A DNA stretch of 64,000 bases, taken from contig CP084167.1 in assembly GCA_021513715.1 (NCBI GenBank), forward strand, positions 96,001-160,000. Direction: 5' to 3'. This stretch comes from Candidatus Heimdallarchaeum endolithica. GTDB taxonomy: Archaea > Asgardarchaeota > Heimdallarchaeia > Heimdallarchaeales > Heimdallarchaeaceae. The notes under the pieces were generated by a model. It saw only the letters and a program-made list of their open reading frames with translations. It did no database searches and was not told where the DNA came from. Of the stretch, positions 50,624-61,600 are shown piece after piece (positions within the stretch are counted from its first letter, which is position 1; every line of letters starts with the position of its first letter). Both the position numbers and the translations under genes were made by a program.

Positions 50624-51063
50624 AGAAGTTGAACGTTGATATAGAGGAAACTATCGACAAGTTAAAATTTATTGAACAATTAAGAAATGAACTATTTGAG
50701 GAATTACAACAAGAAAAAATTTCTAATTCATTAAGAAGTCAGCTAATTATTGAACGTGCTGTCCAACTCATTATCCAAACAATATTAGATATTGGAGCAC
50801 ATATTATCTCAAGAACAACAGACATTAGTCCAAAGTCTTATTCAGATATAATTCCTTTACTTGTAGAAAAAAAAATTATGTCTATTAAACTTGGGAATCA
50901 GCTCGAGAAAATAAGTGGGCTTCGTAATATTCTTGTTCACGACTATACTAAAATAGATGCGGAATTACTGAAAGATCATGCTTATTCAATTTTAACCGAT
51001 AGTAAACTGTTTATTGAAGAGATAAAACAGTTTATTAGAGAAAAGGAACAAACTAAAACATAA
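50620..51063 (+). CDS. hepT: HEPN (HepT/DUF86) RNase toxin
   Basis: ER..Q..IQ..LDI and RNILVHDY (Rx4HxY). Overlaps the MNT stop codon. Confidence 0.9.
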   Translation: MKKLNVDIEETIDKLKFIEQLRNELFEELQQEKISNSLRSQLIIERAVQLIIQTILDIGAHIISRTTDISPKSYSDIIPLLVEKKIMSIKLGNQLEKISGLRNILVHDYTKIDAELLKDHAYSILTDSKLFIEEIKQFIREKEQTKT

Positions 51064-51114
51064 TTCATTTTTTTGTTTGAAAATAATTAAATACAAGATA
51101 GAAAACCATTACTT

Positions 51115-51753
51115 ATGTTCTACAATAAACAAGAGGCCTTTAACGCTATTAGTCATGCATTAGGAGCTGTTTTAGCTATAATCGGCTCAGTTTTTCTTCT
51201 TATATATAGTTTTAATGATTTAAGAGTATTCTTTATTGCTCTTCTTTATTCTATTTGTATGTTAGCTATGTTTAGTGCTAGTGCCATATATCACTCCCAA
51301 AAGGGTGATAATTACGAGAAATTGTTGGCAAGAAAAATAGATCATGCTGCTATTTACCTAATGATTGCAGGTTCTTATACCATTATTTCTTATCTTTTCC
51401 TTCCTATGTTATACTATATCCCATTAATTGTTATTGAATGGATTGTAGCTATAGTAGGCATTTATCTCAAGTTGTCTAAAAAAATAAAGAAAAAAAGTAT
51501 ATGGGATACAACTATGTACATAATAATGGGTTGGTTAGCAGTCCTTGCTCTACCCTACCTGTTAAATAATCTAGGATTTGCTAGAAATATGCTTTTGTTT
51601 TTCGGAGGAATTGCTTACACTGTCGGTGCGATAATGAGCTATTACAAAAAACCTATTCTCATTCCTGGAGTAATTGAAGGACATGAATTTTTCCATATTT
51701 TCATTATAATAGGAGCAGCTTTGCATTATATCTTAATAGCTAGCGGAATTTAA
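51115..51753 (+). CDS. Hemolysin III/PAQR family membrane protein
   Basis: EAFNAISH, SAIYH, DHAAIYLMIAGSYT, HEFFHIF. Confidence 0.92.
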   Translation: MFYNKQEAFNAISHALGAVLAIIGSVFLLIYSFNDLRVFFIALLYSICMLAMFSASAIYHSQKGDNYEKLLARKIDHAAIYLMIAGSYTIISYLFLPMLYYIPLIVIEWIVAIVGIYLKLSKKIKKKSIWDTTMYIIMGWLAVLALPYLLNNLGFARNMLLFFGGIAYTVGAIMSYYKKPILIPGVIEGHEFFHIFIIIGAALHYILIASGI

Positions 51754-52230
51754 TTTCTACTTTTTCTTCTTTAATACTCATCGCTAGGAAGTAAAGAAAT
51801 TAAATTTCAAAATATTACAACGTCCTACTTTAATTATTCAATCTTTTAATTTTCATTTTTCCACTTGAAGTGAAGGTCTTTCCACTCGAAACAAAGGGGG
51901 TAATAAATAAGAAAGAGGTTGTTACAAAAAGATATCTTATTAGATGAAAGATGGTAAATTGTAATAGAAAAAGTAAGTCTTAACATGTCGTTGAAAAGTT
52001 TTTTTTGTTATTTAATAAATCTTTTAGAAGTCTTGTAGCATTTATCAATGGATAATAGATCATCATTTTATATCCATTCTTTTCTTTATTGATTTTATTC
52101 ACAAAACAAAAAAAACAATTATAAAATAGTGTAATAATATTTTGAAAAAAAAACAAATTTGTATGTTTAAAAGCTTCTAAGTGCTGTTTTAATAAGTTAG
52201 TTTTTATACAAGTAACTCAAAAACTATTTT

Positions 52231-52573
52231 ATGCCAAAAAAAGACTTTGAATCAAAATACAAGTTTGAATGGAAGTTCATTAAAGAAGCAAAGAAAGAAT
52301 ATATTACTGTTTCTGATAATCAAGATATTTACAGTATATATTCTAAAAAGCATAACAACCCAAACAAAGCCACTTTTATTTTCATTCAAGGTTTTGGTTC
52401 TGAAAAAGAAACATGATAAATATCACAATTATCAAAATTCCAAGAAATTAGAAGAGATTATTCCAAACTGTAAAACATTAACTGTTCCAACATATGATTA
52501 CTTTCATATCAAACCTAGTGTATACGAATTTACACAAACAATGAAAAAAATTGTAGATGAATTCTCTATTTGA
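52231..52573 (+). pseudogene. Alpha/beta hydrolase remnant with internal deletion
   Basis: N-terminal TFIFIQGFGS joined to a C-terminal D..H...LEEIIPNC..H segment. Same family as 48306-49196. Confidence 0.5.
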
Positions 52574-52599
52574 TTTTAAACACTTATTTTAGAATGAAA

Positions 52600-52920
52600 T
52601 TAATGTAGTTTATAATTACCACAAACCTTTTTTCTTATTTCTTTACATAAGACTTGTTTTTTTGTTTCATTGAGTGAAAATAATTTTTTTATAATTTTAT
52701 TTAACCCTAAAGTAAAGATATAAGATGTTTTTATTATGCTATCTTTAATCGCACCTTCCTCTCTTGTGACTAAAATCCCTTCTCGTTTAAGATTGCTAGT
52801 CATTCCAACCACAACAACATTTAATGATTCTTGAAAAAGAACCACTGCAGGCCTTTTTTTTGTCTCACTTCTATCTGTAAATTGAATTTCTGCTAAAATA
52901 ATATCTCCAAACTCTAACAC
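52600..52920 (-). CDS. PemK/MazF-family toxin
   Basis: GDIILAEIQFTD...KKRPAVV, GMTSN, DSIIK. Confidence 0.88.
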   Translation of the reverse strand: MLEFGDIILAEIQFTDRSETKKRPAVVLFQESLNVVVVGMTSNLKREGILVTREEGAIKDSIIKTSYIFTLGLNKIIKKLFSLNETKKQVLCKEIRKKVCGNYKLH

Positions 52921-52959
52921 ACTTCTGTTCCTCCTAACATGTGTTACCTTGTATATTTT

Positions 52960-53253
52960 TTAAGCAAGAGTTTCCCATTCTTCATCATATTCATTGTCCC
53001 AAAGTTCTCTCATTTTATCTTTTTGAGCTTCTTCTAAACATTTTATATCATCATCTTCTTCATATATTTGATATTGCTGTTCTTTGAGATTTGGAGCTGA
53101 ATAAATAAATACTTTATGTGTTCTTGAAGTTGTTTCGTTGTGAGTAAAAAGTTCATTAGCTGTAATATCAACTAATTGCGTAATTGCTGTTAAACCACTA
53201 GTTGTGTTTATTTCTTCACCATTAGTATTGTTATTATTATTGGGTTCATCCAT
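52960..53253 (-). CDS. Putative antitoxin (acidic, disordered)
   Basis: Upstream of PemK. C-terminal LWDNEYDEEW. Likely start is ATG 53253. Confidence 0.55.
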   Translation of the reverse strand: MDEPNNNNNTNGEEINTTSGLTAITQLVDITANELFTHNETTSRTHKVFIYSAPNLKEQQYQIYEEDDDIKCLEEAQKDKMRELWDNEYDEEWETLA

Positions 53254-53266
53254 AAAAGTCTCACCT

Positions 53267-54283
53267 TTAAATTTCTGTTTCTTCAAACCATCCTTCTTCA
53301 ACAATTTTTTCTTGGTAACCAATTATTGGGATAAAAGTATTGGGGTGATTACTAATAACTCTTCTCACTTCTTTTTTTGTTTTATACACGTGAAGTAAGG
53401 AATTCGTCTCAATGATTCCTCTATAAAAAGTAAATATATTCTTATCACTATTTCCAAGTAGGGCTTCAGGGTTATATACTGTATCTAACTTCAGTATATT
53501 ACTATATTGATTGAAAAGATTAATAATTTTATCTGTAAATTCTTTTTCTGGCTTAATAATGTTTAACCCCAGTTCTTCTTCTGCTTCTCTTCTACTAATT
53601 ATATAGTTATGAGAAAATCTTTCTCGAACCAAAGTTTGAACTACTTTATCGACTTTTTCTTGGTGACTCCAATGATATTTTAAAAGTTTTTCTGCTAAAA
53701 AAGATATCTCCATTCTAGACCTTTGAACTGCGCCTAATGTTAAAGGGTGTATCTTTTCCACAAGTTTTTCAAAAACAGTTTTTAATGAATCTTCTTTTTT
53801 TAACCCAAATTCACTTTTTGCTAAATCAATAAACGAATTAACATCCTCTACATTTACTGGTGTAATCTGCTGAATTGGTGAACCAGGAGGATGAAATGTG
53901 GGACCTAATGGATGTTGAATAGAAGGATCAACAGGACTTAGTTGACCCATAGGGGTCATAACAATTTCATTTGCACCTAAAGCTATCAATGTCGCACAAC
54001 TTAAAGCCTTAAAAGGAACAATTACATTAAACTCATCGCAAAATTCTCTTATTAAATTTACCAATGCATAACCTGCGATTGTAATTCCTCCTGTGCTGTA
54101 AAGAAATAAGTCTATTTTATTTTGATGTCCAATTTCCATTAAATGTTTATGAAATATAGGGAAAATGTCTGTGGCAATTTTTGTTTCCAATCCTCTTCTA
54201 TCACCTGTAATATAAACTAAAAGCTTAGAATCTCTCTCACTTTCAATGTCGTTGATTAATTTTAATCTCTCTGCTTTTGTCAT
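53267..54283 (-). CDS. ClpP/S49-like serine peptidase (SDH_sah family)
   Basis: IDLFLYSTGG, VPFKALSCATLIALGANEIVM, LSPVDP, SHNYIISRREA. Confidence 0.85.
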   Translation of the reverse strand: MTKAERLKLINDIESERDSKLLVYITGDRRGLETKIATDIFPIFHKHLMEIGHQNKIDLFLYSTGGITIAGYALVNLIREFCDEFNVIVPFKALSCATLIALGANEIVMTPMGQLSPVDPSIQHPLGPTFHPPGSPIQQITPVNVEDVNSFIDLAKSEFGLKKEDSLKTVFEKLVEKIHPLTLGAVQRSRMEISFLAEKLLKYHWSHQEKVDKVVQTLVRERFSHNYIISRREAEEELGLNIIKPEKEFTDKIINLFNQYSNILKLDTVYNPEALLGNSDKNIFTFYRGIIETNSLLHVYKTKKEVRRVISNHPNTFIPIIGYQEKIVEEGWFEETEI

Positions 54284-54437
54284 TTAAATCAGCTTTAAGC
54301 ATATATACACAAAAAAACCCCTTTTTAAAATATAAAAACTTTGCCTACTAACATATTTTCCTTTAAAAAGAAAAACCAAAATATTAATTAATTCCTTCAT
54401 GAATAAAATAAACATATAATTTAATGGTAGAGTTTGA

Positions 54438-55301
54438 ATGAAGAAGATAGAATATCAATGTAATGTCTGCTTAAAACAAAGAATAATGGCTCTTCCTGAA
54501 AATATAGATTTTAATGTAGATACTAGGGGTTTAATGGATATTATCGATGTTCACAAATGCAAAGGTAATAAGGAAAATGCTATTCTTCTTCATGTTGATT
54601 CTGATTTAAATGTAAGGACACAGATTCCAGTAAAAAAGGAAAATGATGTATCTAGTATTCCTGAACTTCCTCTTCCTTCTCCTCAAAAAGTAGAAAGATC
54701 GAAAATTGAAATTATTACTGATCATCTTATTAGAATCAGAAACATTGATTTCTTTCAAATAAACGATAAAATTAGAAATAAGATCTTTGTTTTTGATCAA
54801 ACTAATAAAAATGATTTAGATAAAATAATTATTGATGACCAATTCCTTGAAATTCAAATATTAACAGAAAAAGAAGTTCAGGAAAATCAAATTAAAAAAT
54901 GGTTAAATGAAATTAAAGAAGCTTACTCTAAAGCGATCTATATTGATATTAAAGCTTTAGAACTTTTACTAAAATTTTTAGATAATAAGATTATTAACGA
55001 AATGAGCTTGAACGATCAAATTGCTTTGGAATTAATATTAAATAGCATTTGTTCAATTCCTCAAACTATTAAAGAAGACATTGAATTTGAAGAGATCTTT
55101 AATGGCATTGATACTGTTGAAAGTCGAAATCTAGATTCTATTCTTGAAAAATGCAAAAACAATGAAAAAAACAATATTCTACAAGTATATAATGAATTAA
55201 AGAATAATTTTTCTTTTAGTGAATATATTTCTATTTTGGCCAATTTAGTAGAGAAAGAAATAATTAAGATATTTACCCTAATGTTTGTAGATAAAAAATA
55301 A
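54438..55301 (+). CDS. Hypothetical protein with N-terminal Zn-binding module
   Basis: CxxC ... HxC N-terminus and a helical C-terminus. Confidence 0.7.
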   Translation: MKKIEYQCNVCLKQRIMALPENIDFNVDTRGLMDIIDVHKCKGNKENAILLHVDSDLNVRTQIPVKKENDVSSIPELPLPSPQKVERSKIEIITDHLIRIRNIDFFQINDKIRNKIFVFDQTNKNDLDKIIIDDQFLEIQILTEKEVQENQIKKWLNEIKEAYSKAIYIDIKALELLLKFLDNKIINEMSLNDQIALELILNSICSIPQTIKEDIEFEEIFNGIDTVESRNLDSILEKCKNNEKNNILQVYNELKNNFSFSEYISILANLVEKEIIKIFTLMFVDKK

Positions 55302-55364
55302 TTTTTCTTTTCTCTATTCATATGTATATCTCTTAATAAATAACTTTATACTTCATCTTGATAA

Positions 55365-55910
55365 GCATGTCCTAAAATCAATTTTTATCAATGGAGGGAT
55401 TTATATTGGAAGTTTGTCTTCTTTCCTAATATTAAAAACCTCACAATGAAAGAGAATTCTTAAAGTTATGAATCTTTCCTTAAAGCTGTGGTAAAAAACC
55501 TCCAAGAACTGGCAAGAGGGGTAGAAAAAATATAGCAGAGAGATGGATAATAGTAGCTCTGGTGGGATTGCAAGAATAGAGAGGATAGCTTTGATGGAGG
55601 AAGTTGGGAGAGAAAATAGCCTATTCTTATTCATGTCATCCCTCCTAAAAGTAATTCTCTTCTCGATTCCCCTCTGCTCGGACTTATAATCCTTATCCAT
55701 CTTTCTATCTTAGTCTCTATAGACATAACTTCCATCTTGAGTATCTTAGTAGCGTTGAACACGTTTTCGGTCTCCTTGAACTCTCTCTTCCACCAATACT
55801 TGATCTTTTACCCTTTACTATCCTCAATACCCTTTACAACCCTTTCATCTGTTATAAGTATCGATGTTCCTATAAAACTCCTAAAAAGAGAAAAAAATTT
55901 TTGGATATCT
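55365..55910 (+). mobile_element. Internally deleted IS5-family remnant, homologue of 1716-2729
   Basis: Ends GCATGTCCTAAAATC and AATTTTTGGATATCT. IPPKSN and EYLSSVEHVFG fragments. Confidence 0.75.
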
Positions 55911-55926
55911 TTTCTTGTTTTATAAA
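55911..55926 (+). promoter_or_regulatory. Cluster promoter motif TTTCTT-GT-TTTATAAA retained on the Hef-like pseudogene
   Basis: Homologous to 29359-29374 and its downstream leader. Confidence 0.6.
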
Positions 55927-55949
55927 CTATTTATTTTATTATTAATTTT

Positions 55950-56620
55950 ATACGTAATAGATAATCGTTTTATTACTGACTATAATAGAAATAATAAAGC
56001 AAAATTTCCTATTTTCTTCTAGGTTTTACTGTCTGAATGTTTTAAAGAGAATAATAATTCACTCCTTATTCTTCAATAAAATTTCATGTAATCTCTCCAA
56101 AAGCAGAAAATGTTGTTTCGTGTATTGATTCAAAGAACTAACAGTAAAGGTATTATCACCCGTAGGTCTAGTGAAGAAAAATAATCTATAAATGGAATAA
56201 GAGAAAAAAGGACAAATAATTGGAGAAATGCTTTCTGATAAACAAGTAAAAGAAGCACTTTGTTCAATCAACAACAGTTTTTTAATAAAAAGATGATGCA
56301 AATGATTAGTCAAAGAACCAAAGCTCTTATGACATTAAATAGATTTTTTGAAAAAAGCAAGAATCAAAAAATAGATTTAAAAAAAAGAGAGTTAAAAGAT
56401 CATATCCTTGAAAGTGAAGAAGCTGATTTGTCTCTTATTCGGTTTCTTTCAGTGTCTTCTAAAGAAGAAGCTAAGTTATTAAGCTAAATAATTAATTTCT
56501 CACAAATAAATAGTCTGGAGAAAATAACTGTAAATAATTTAATTCCTTATTTCTCTTAAAATAGGTCCAAAGAGATTGTTACAAAAATTAGGAATAGATC
56601 AAAGCTAATTACAAAAATGT
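55950..56620 (+). pseudogene. Degraded duplicate of the Hef-like gene 27529-29331
   Basis: VLLSECFKENNNSLLIL is joined to SLQKQK..IQRTNSK, FNQQQFFNKKMMQMI and NRSKLI. Large internal deletion, stops and frameshifts. Confidence 0.85.
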
Positions 56621-57039
56621 ATTTTTTTACTTACTTGAATTTCTCGCTTAGATAATTCTTTAATCTCATTTACTTTATAAAACTCAATAGAAGTAGATAA
56701 GCATAGTAATATCCTGAAGGAAGTGTAAGTTCAACATAACAATACAAACAGTTAGAATAATAGAGAGTCAAAAGAAATCTAAATGGAGAAAAATATTGTT
56801 TTTCAATTCCTTAATTTCTAAATAAGCATAATAAGCAGTTAATATGTAGGTTTAATGAATGTTATTTTTGGAAGAGTAACCCTCAGTACAAGATGAAGCA
56901 CTAGTTCCAACTAAAGAAAGAGCAACAGCTAAAAGAATAAAAATACAATTTTTTTAGACGATTCACTGATGCAATAGTTCTTTTATTATTTGTATATTTT
57001 TCATTTCTTTGTACATTATATTTTAAAAAAGTAAAAAAA

Positions 57040-58257
57040 TTAAAAAAAGAAAAAGTTTACAAAAAAAGTAGGAAACAGTCTCAGATAATAAAATGTGAAA
57101 AGAAAAAAATTACAAAAATAGGAAAATGGAACTATCTCCGTCGAATAAATAGAAAAACTAGTCCCCCCATAGTAACAAGACCAAAAACTGAAGCAAGAGC
57201 AATAAGAATAAATAATAGCTTCGGACGGTGTAGAAACAACTATAATGTTTGAATATTCATTCTTATCATAATTCCAAGGATAAATTACTTTTAGATCGTT
57301 AATTCTTGATATTTCTTGTTGAAATTGGAAATCGTCTATACTTGGGTTGTAATTATAAATTTTTATTCTACCAAATACATATAATACTGCTACATTCGGA
57401 TTACCATCATTATCTAAATCACTTACAAAAATAGATCTACCTCCATTATAAAAAGAATAATCTGTGGAAGAAAAAAACCCATTCTCTAACTCTAATCTAG
57501 TCCATACACCTGAATAATAACCCCAATTACAAACTAAATCTACATTTCCATCTAAGTCAAAATCATAACTATCACAATCATATAATCCATCATTCTTAAT
57601 GTAAGTATCTGAAGAAACATTGACAAGTCCAGTCCCATTCCACTTTTTCCAGATAAAAATGTTATCAAGATAATTATCAGAATATGTTTTTTCTAGCAGA
57701 TAAGCTTCATTATCTGTATATGCTTCAACAGGATAGTAAAGAGTTGGTCCTGTTGTGCTAATACTCAAAAGATCATTAGAAAAAGTCCTTGTAGTTTTAT
57801 TATATTCTAAAAATTTGGTATAACCTGGTTCATCTCTATCTTGAACTTGTCCATTAACATCTGAAAGTGTAATAATTTCTGGGATTTTATCTTTGTCCAA
57901 ATCACATACATGATATAAAACTCTTCCAGTAAAAGATTCATTTTTTTCAACCCATTTAGAGCTTTATAGTAAAGATGATAAAAGAATTCTATCTTTCACA
58001 CTAGATCCTGTATCGTTTTTTAGACTATTACCATTATCTTTTTTATTTGAAATGTCAACTATATCCCCAATAATGTTGTTTAAAGAATAAATCTCATTCT
58101 TACTATTTTCATCATTTTGTAGGTTAAAAAACATCTTATTTTCATTATTGTTTATCATTACTACTGTTGGAAAAATAACTAAAAATAACAATAACGAATT
58201 TCTAACTGTTGTTATCAAGGAAATTAATATTTGTTTACATTTAAAAATTTTGCTCAA
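57040..58257 (-). pseudogene. Disrupted exported FG-GAP/VCBS-repeat protein
   Basis: A signal-like ORF (57964-58257) is followed in another frame by DxDxDGxxD repeats (DFDLDGNVD, DLDNDGNPN). Confidence 0.55.
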
Positions 58258-58641
58258 TTTTTAATGTATTAGAGTTTAGTTTTTAACCACCTTCAATTTA
58301 AAAGAAACAGAAAGGAGGAAGATGCTAACTCTGAAGCATTAAAATGAATTAATGTGGAATATAAAAGGAATAAGGAAAACCAACAGATGTTCAGAACAAA
58401 AAATACTCTGATTGAGCAATTGCAACAAAAGATTGAATAGAGCTATGTATAGGTTTTTCGAGTGACAATAAAAATTCAAAGAAAAAGATATAACCACAAA
58501 AAATCAATTATAAAAAAACAAATACGATATAAAGAGTATTCTAAATTTTTCCATCAGTGATAATTCTGTTTGATTAAGTTTCTCGCTATTTGAAATAGAA
58601 AAGAAAAGTTAAGGAAAACAAAAAAGAGGAAGAAGATTGTT

Positions 58642-61600
58642 TTAAATTTTACCCTTTCCTTCCTTTTCAAATTCTTCAAACTGTCGTAAAAGTTCAGAAA
58701 TTGCTTGTTCAACATCACTGTTGTCTTTGTTTAAAAGTTGATCTCTTTGAATTATAACATCATCTTTATCAATAAGAATGTGTTTAGAATTTAGACCTAT
58801 TAACCATTCTTCTAGCTTTGTTGTATCTGTAAAAGAGAGAAAACTAGCAAGTTTTTCTAGTGAAATTCTAGTGTAAGAATTGATTATTTTAGCAAATTTC
58901 ATTAAACGATTATATTTATCGTTAAGAGATATTTTTATTCTCTCTGTTTCTTTTAGTAATTCATTTATCTCTTGTATAATATCTTGTGTATTATTTATTC
59001 CGATTTCTTGATAAAGATCAATTGGAATTTTCTCTATGTTTGATTTAGCGTTTTCTAGTTTGTTTTGAATTTGATTTAGGAGATTAGTTGCTTTGTCTAT
59101 TTCTGAAATTTCATATTCGTTAACATTTTCGAGTGAAATTAGTTTCTCTTTTAGTTCTTCTATAATAGCTTTTATTTTAGTTATGTTATTTGTAATTGAT
59201 TGTTTAAAGGATGAAAAGTCTTGGAAACCAAGTTTTTCAATAAAAGATTTCGTCTTTGCATCTTTAAAACCTAGTGAAATAGCTTGTTCCCATTCTATTT
59301 TTGAACTAAATCCTAAACTCTCTGCTTTTAACCATTGATTCTTTGTTTCAAAGCCAAGTTCTTTAGCTTTTTCCCATTCTTTTTTATCAGCAAAACCAAG
59401 AGAAATTGCTTGTTTCATCTCATCCTTTGTTGTAAAACCTAGTTCATTTGCTTTCTTCTGCTCTTCAAATGTGTTAAATCCTAAACTTTTAGCTTTTCGT
59501 TGTTCATCAAGTGTTAAGAACCCTACACGTTTAAGTTCAGACCATTCATTGACACTTTGTGCTCCAGAATTTAAGAACTGCGTATAATCTTGTTTTGAAG
59601 AAAAACCTTGTTTGATAAGATTCTTCATTTCTTTTATTGATTGGAATCCTAGTTTATTCTTTTTCCTATTTGATAAACTTCTTCTAATAATAAGGATGAA
59701 AATTATAAATGTAAGAGTAACAGAAACCATTATAAGTATCTTTTTAGTTAGAGTAATAATTTGCTTAATGTGCTCATTTGATCTTGAATCCAATGGATTA
59801 AATCCTTCTTCAACTTCCTCATAATCCGTAAATCCATCATTATCAGTATCTGAATCATTTGGATCTGTTTTATATTGTTTTATTTCGTCTCCATCTGTTA
59901 ATCCATCATTATCAGTATCTGAATCATTTGGATCTGTTTTATATTGTTTTATTTCGTCTCCATCTGTTAATCCATCATTATCAGTATCTGAATCATTTGG
60001 ATCTGTTTTATATTGTTTTATTTCGTCTCCATCTGTTAATCCATCATTATCAGTATCTGAATCATTTGGATCTGTTTTACTATTATATTCTTGAAGATTA
60101 GTTAATTCATCAGTGTCAGGGTCTAAACTAGCATCATCTGTTAATGGGTCGAGAGAATTATTCACTTCCCAACCATCAGGCATACCATCAGAATCAGAAT
60201 CATTATCCAAGGGGTCAGTAGAGTATAAGTTAATTTCGTCTCCATCTGTTAATCCATCATTATCAGTATCTGAATCATTGGGGTCAGTATTGCTATTGTA
60301 TTCCTGAAGATTTGTTAATCCATCAGTGTCAGAGTCTAAACTAGCGTCATCTATTGATGGGTCAAGAGAATTGTTCACTTCCCAACCATCAGGCATACCA
60401 TCAGAATCAGAATCAGAGTTATTAGGGTCTGTAGAGTAAATGTTAACCTCATCACCATCATTTAAACCATCACTGTCGGTGTCAGAATCATTAGGGTCTG
60501 TATCAGCAGCTTGATATTCTTCTAAGTTAGTTAACCCGTCAGTGTCAGGGTCTAAACTAGCGTCATCTGTTAATGGGTCAAGAGAATTGTTCACTTCCCA
60601 ACCATCAGGCATACCATCAGAATCAGAATCAGAGTTATTAGGGTCTGTATAGTAAGTGTTAACTTCTTCTCCATCTGTTAGACCATCATTATCTGTATCT
60701 GCATCATTTGGGTCAGTATTACTATTATACTCTTGAAGATTAGTCAATTCATCTTCATCAGCATCTGAAGAACTATCATCTGTTAATGGGTCGAGATAAT
60801 TGTTCACTTCCCAACCATCAGGAATACCATCAGAATCAGAATCATCATTTTGTGGGTCAGTACCACTATTATATTCTTGAAGATTAGTCAGTTCATCTGA
60901 ATCAGGATCTAAACTAACATCGTCTGTTAATGGGTCAAGGGAATTATTCACTTCCCAATCATCTGTTAATCCATCGTTGTCAGAATCACTATCCAAAGGG
61001 TCAGTGGAGTATGAGTTAACTTCTTCTCCATCTGTTAGACCATCACTGTCAGTGTCAGAATCTAAAGGATCAGTATCGTAAGTGTTAACTTCTTCTCCAT
61101 CAGTTAGACCATCACTGTCAGTGTCAGAATCTAAAGGATCAGTACCAGCTTGATATTCTTCTAAATTATTTAAACCATCACCATCCGGGTCTTCAACATT
61201 GTCATCAGTTAAAGGATCTAAACTGTTTTCTACTTCCCAACCATCAGGCATACCATCAGAGTCAGTGTCAGAATCTAAAGGATCAGTACCAGCTTGATAT
61301 TCTTCTAAATTAGTTAATTCATCAATGTCAAGATCGTCGTCGGCATCATTAACAGTGGCATTAAGACCATAGTTCACTTCCCAACCATCAGGCATACCGT
61401 CACTATCAGTGTCAGAATCTAAAGGGTCAGTACCGTAAGTATTAACCTCTTCTTCATCATCAATTCCGTCACCATCAGTATCAGGTTTAAGAGGGTCAGT
61501 ACTGTAAGTGTTAATCTCGTCTCCATCAGTTAGACCATCAGAGTCAGTGTCAGAGTTATTAGGATCTGTAACAGCTTGATATTCTTCTAAATTAATTAAA

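Noticed and set aside
58300-58470. Possible further tnpB remnant on the plus strand
   Set aside because: Only vague similarity with several stops and no catalytic motif.
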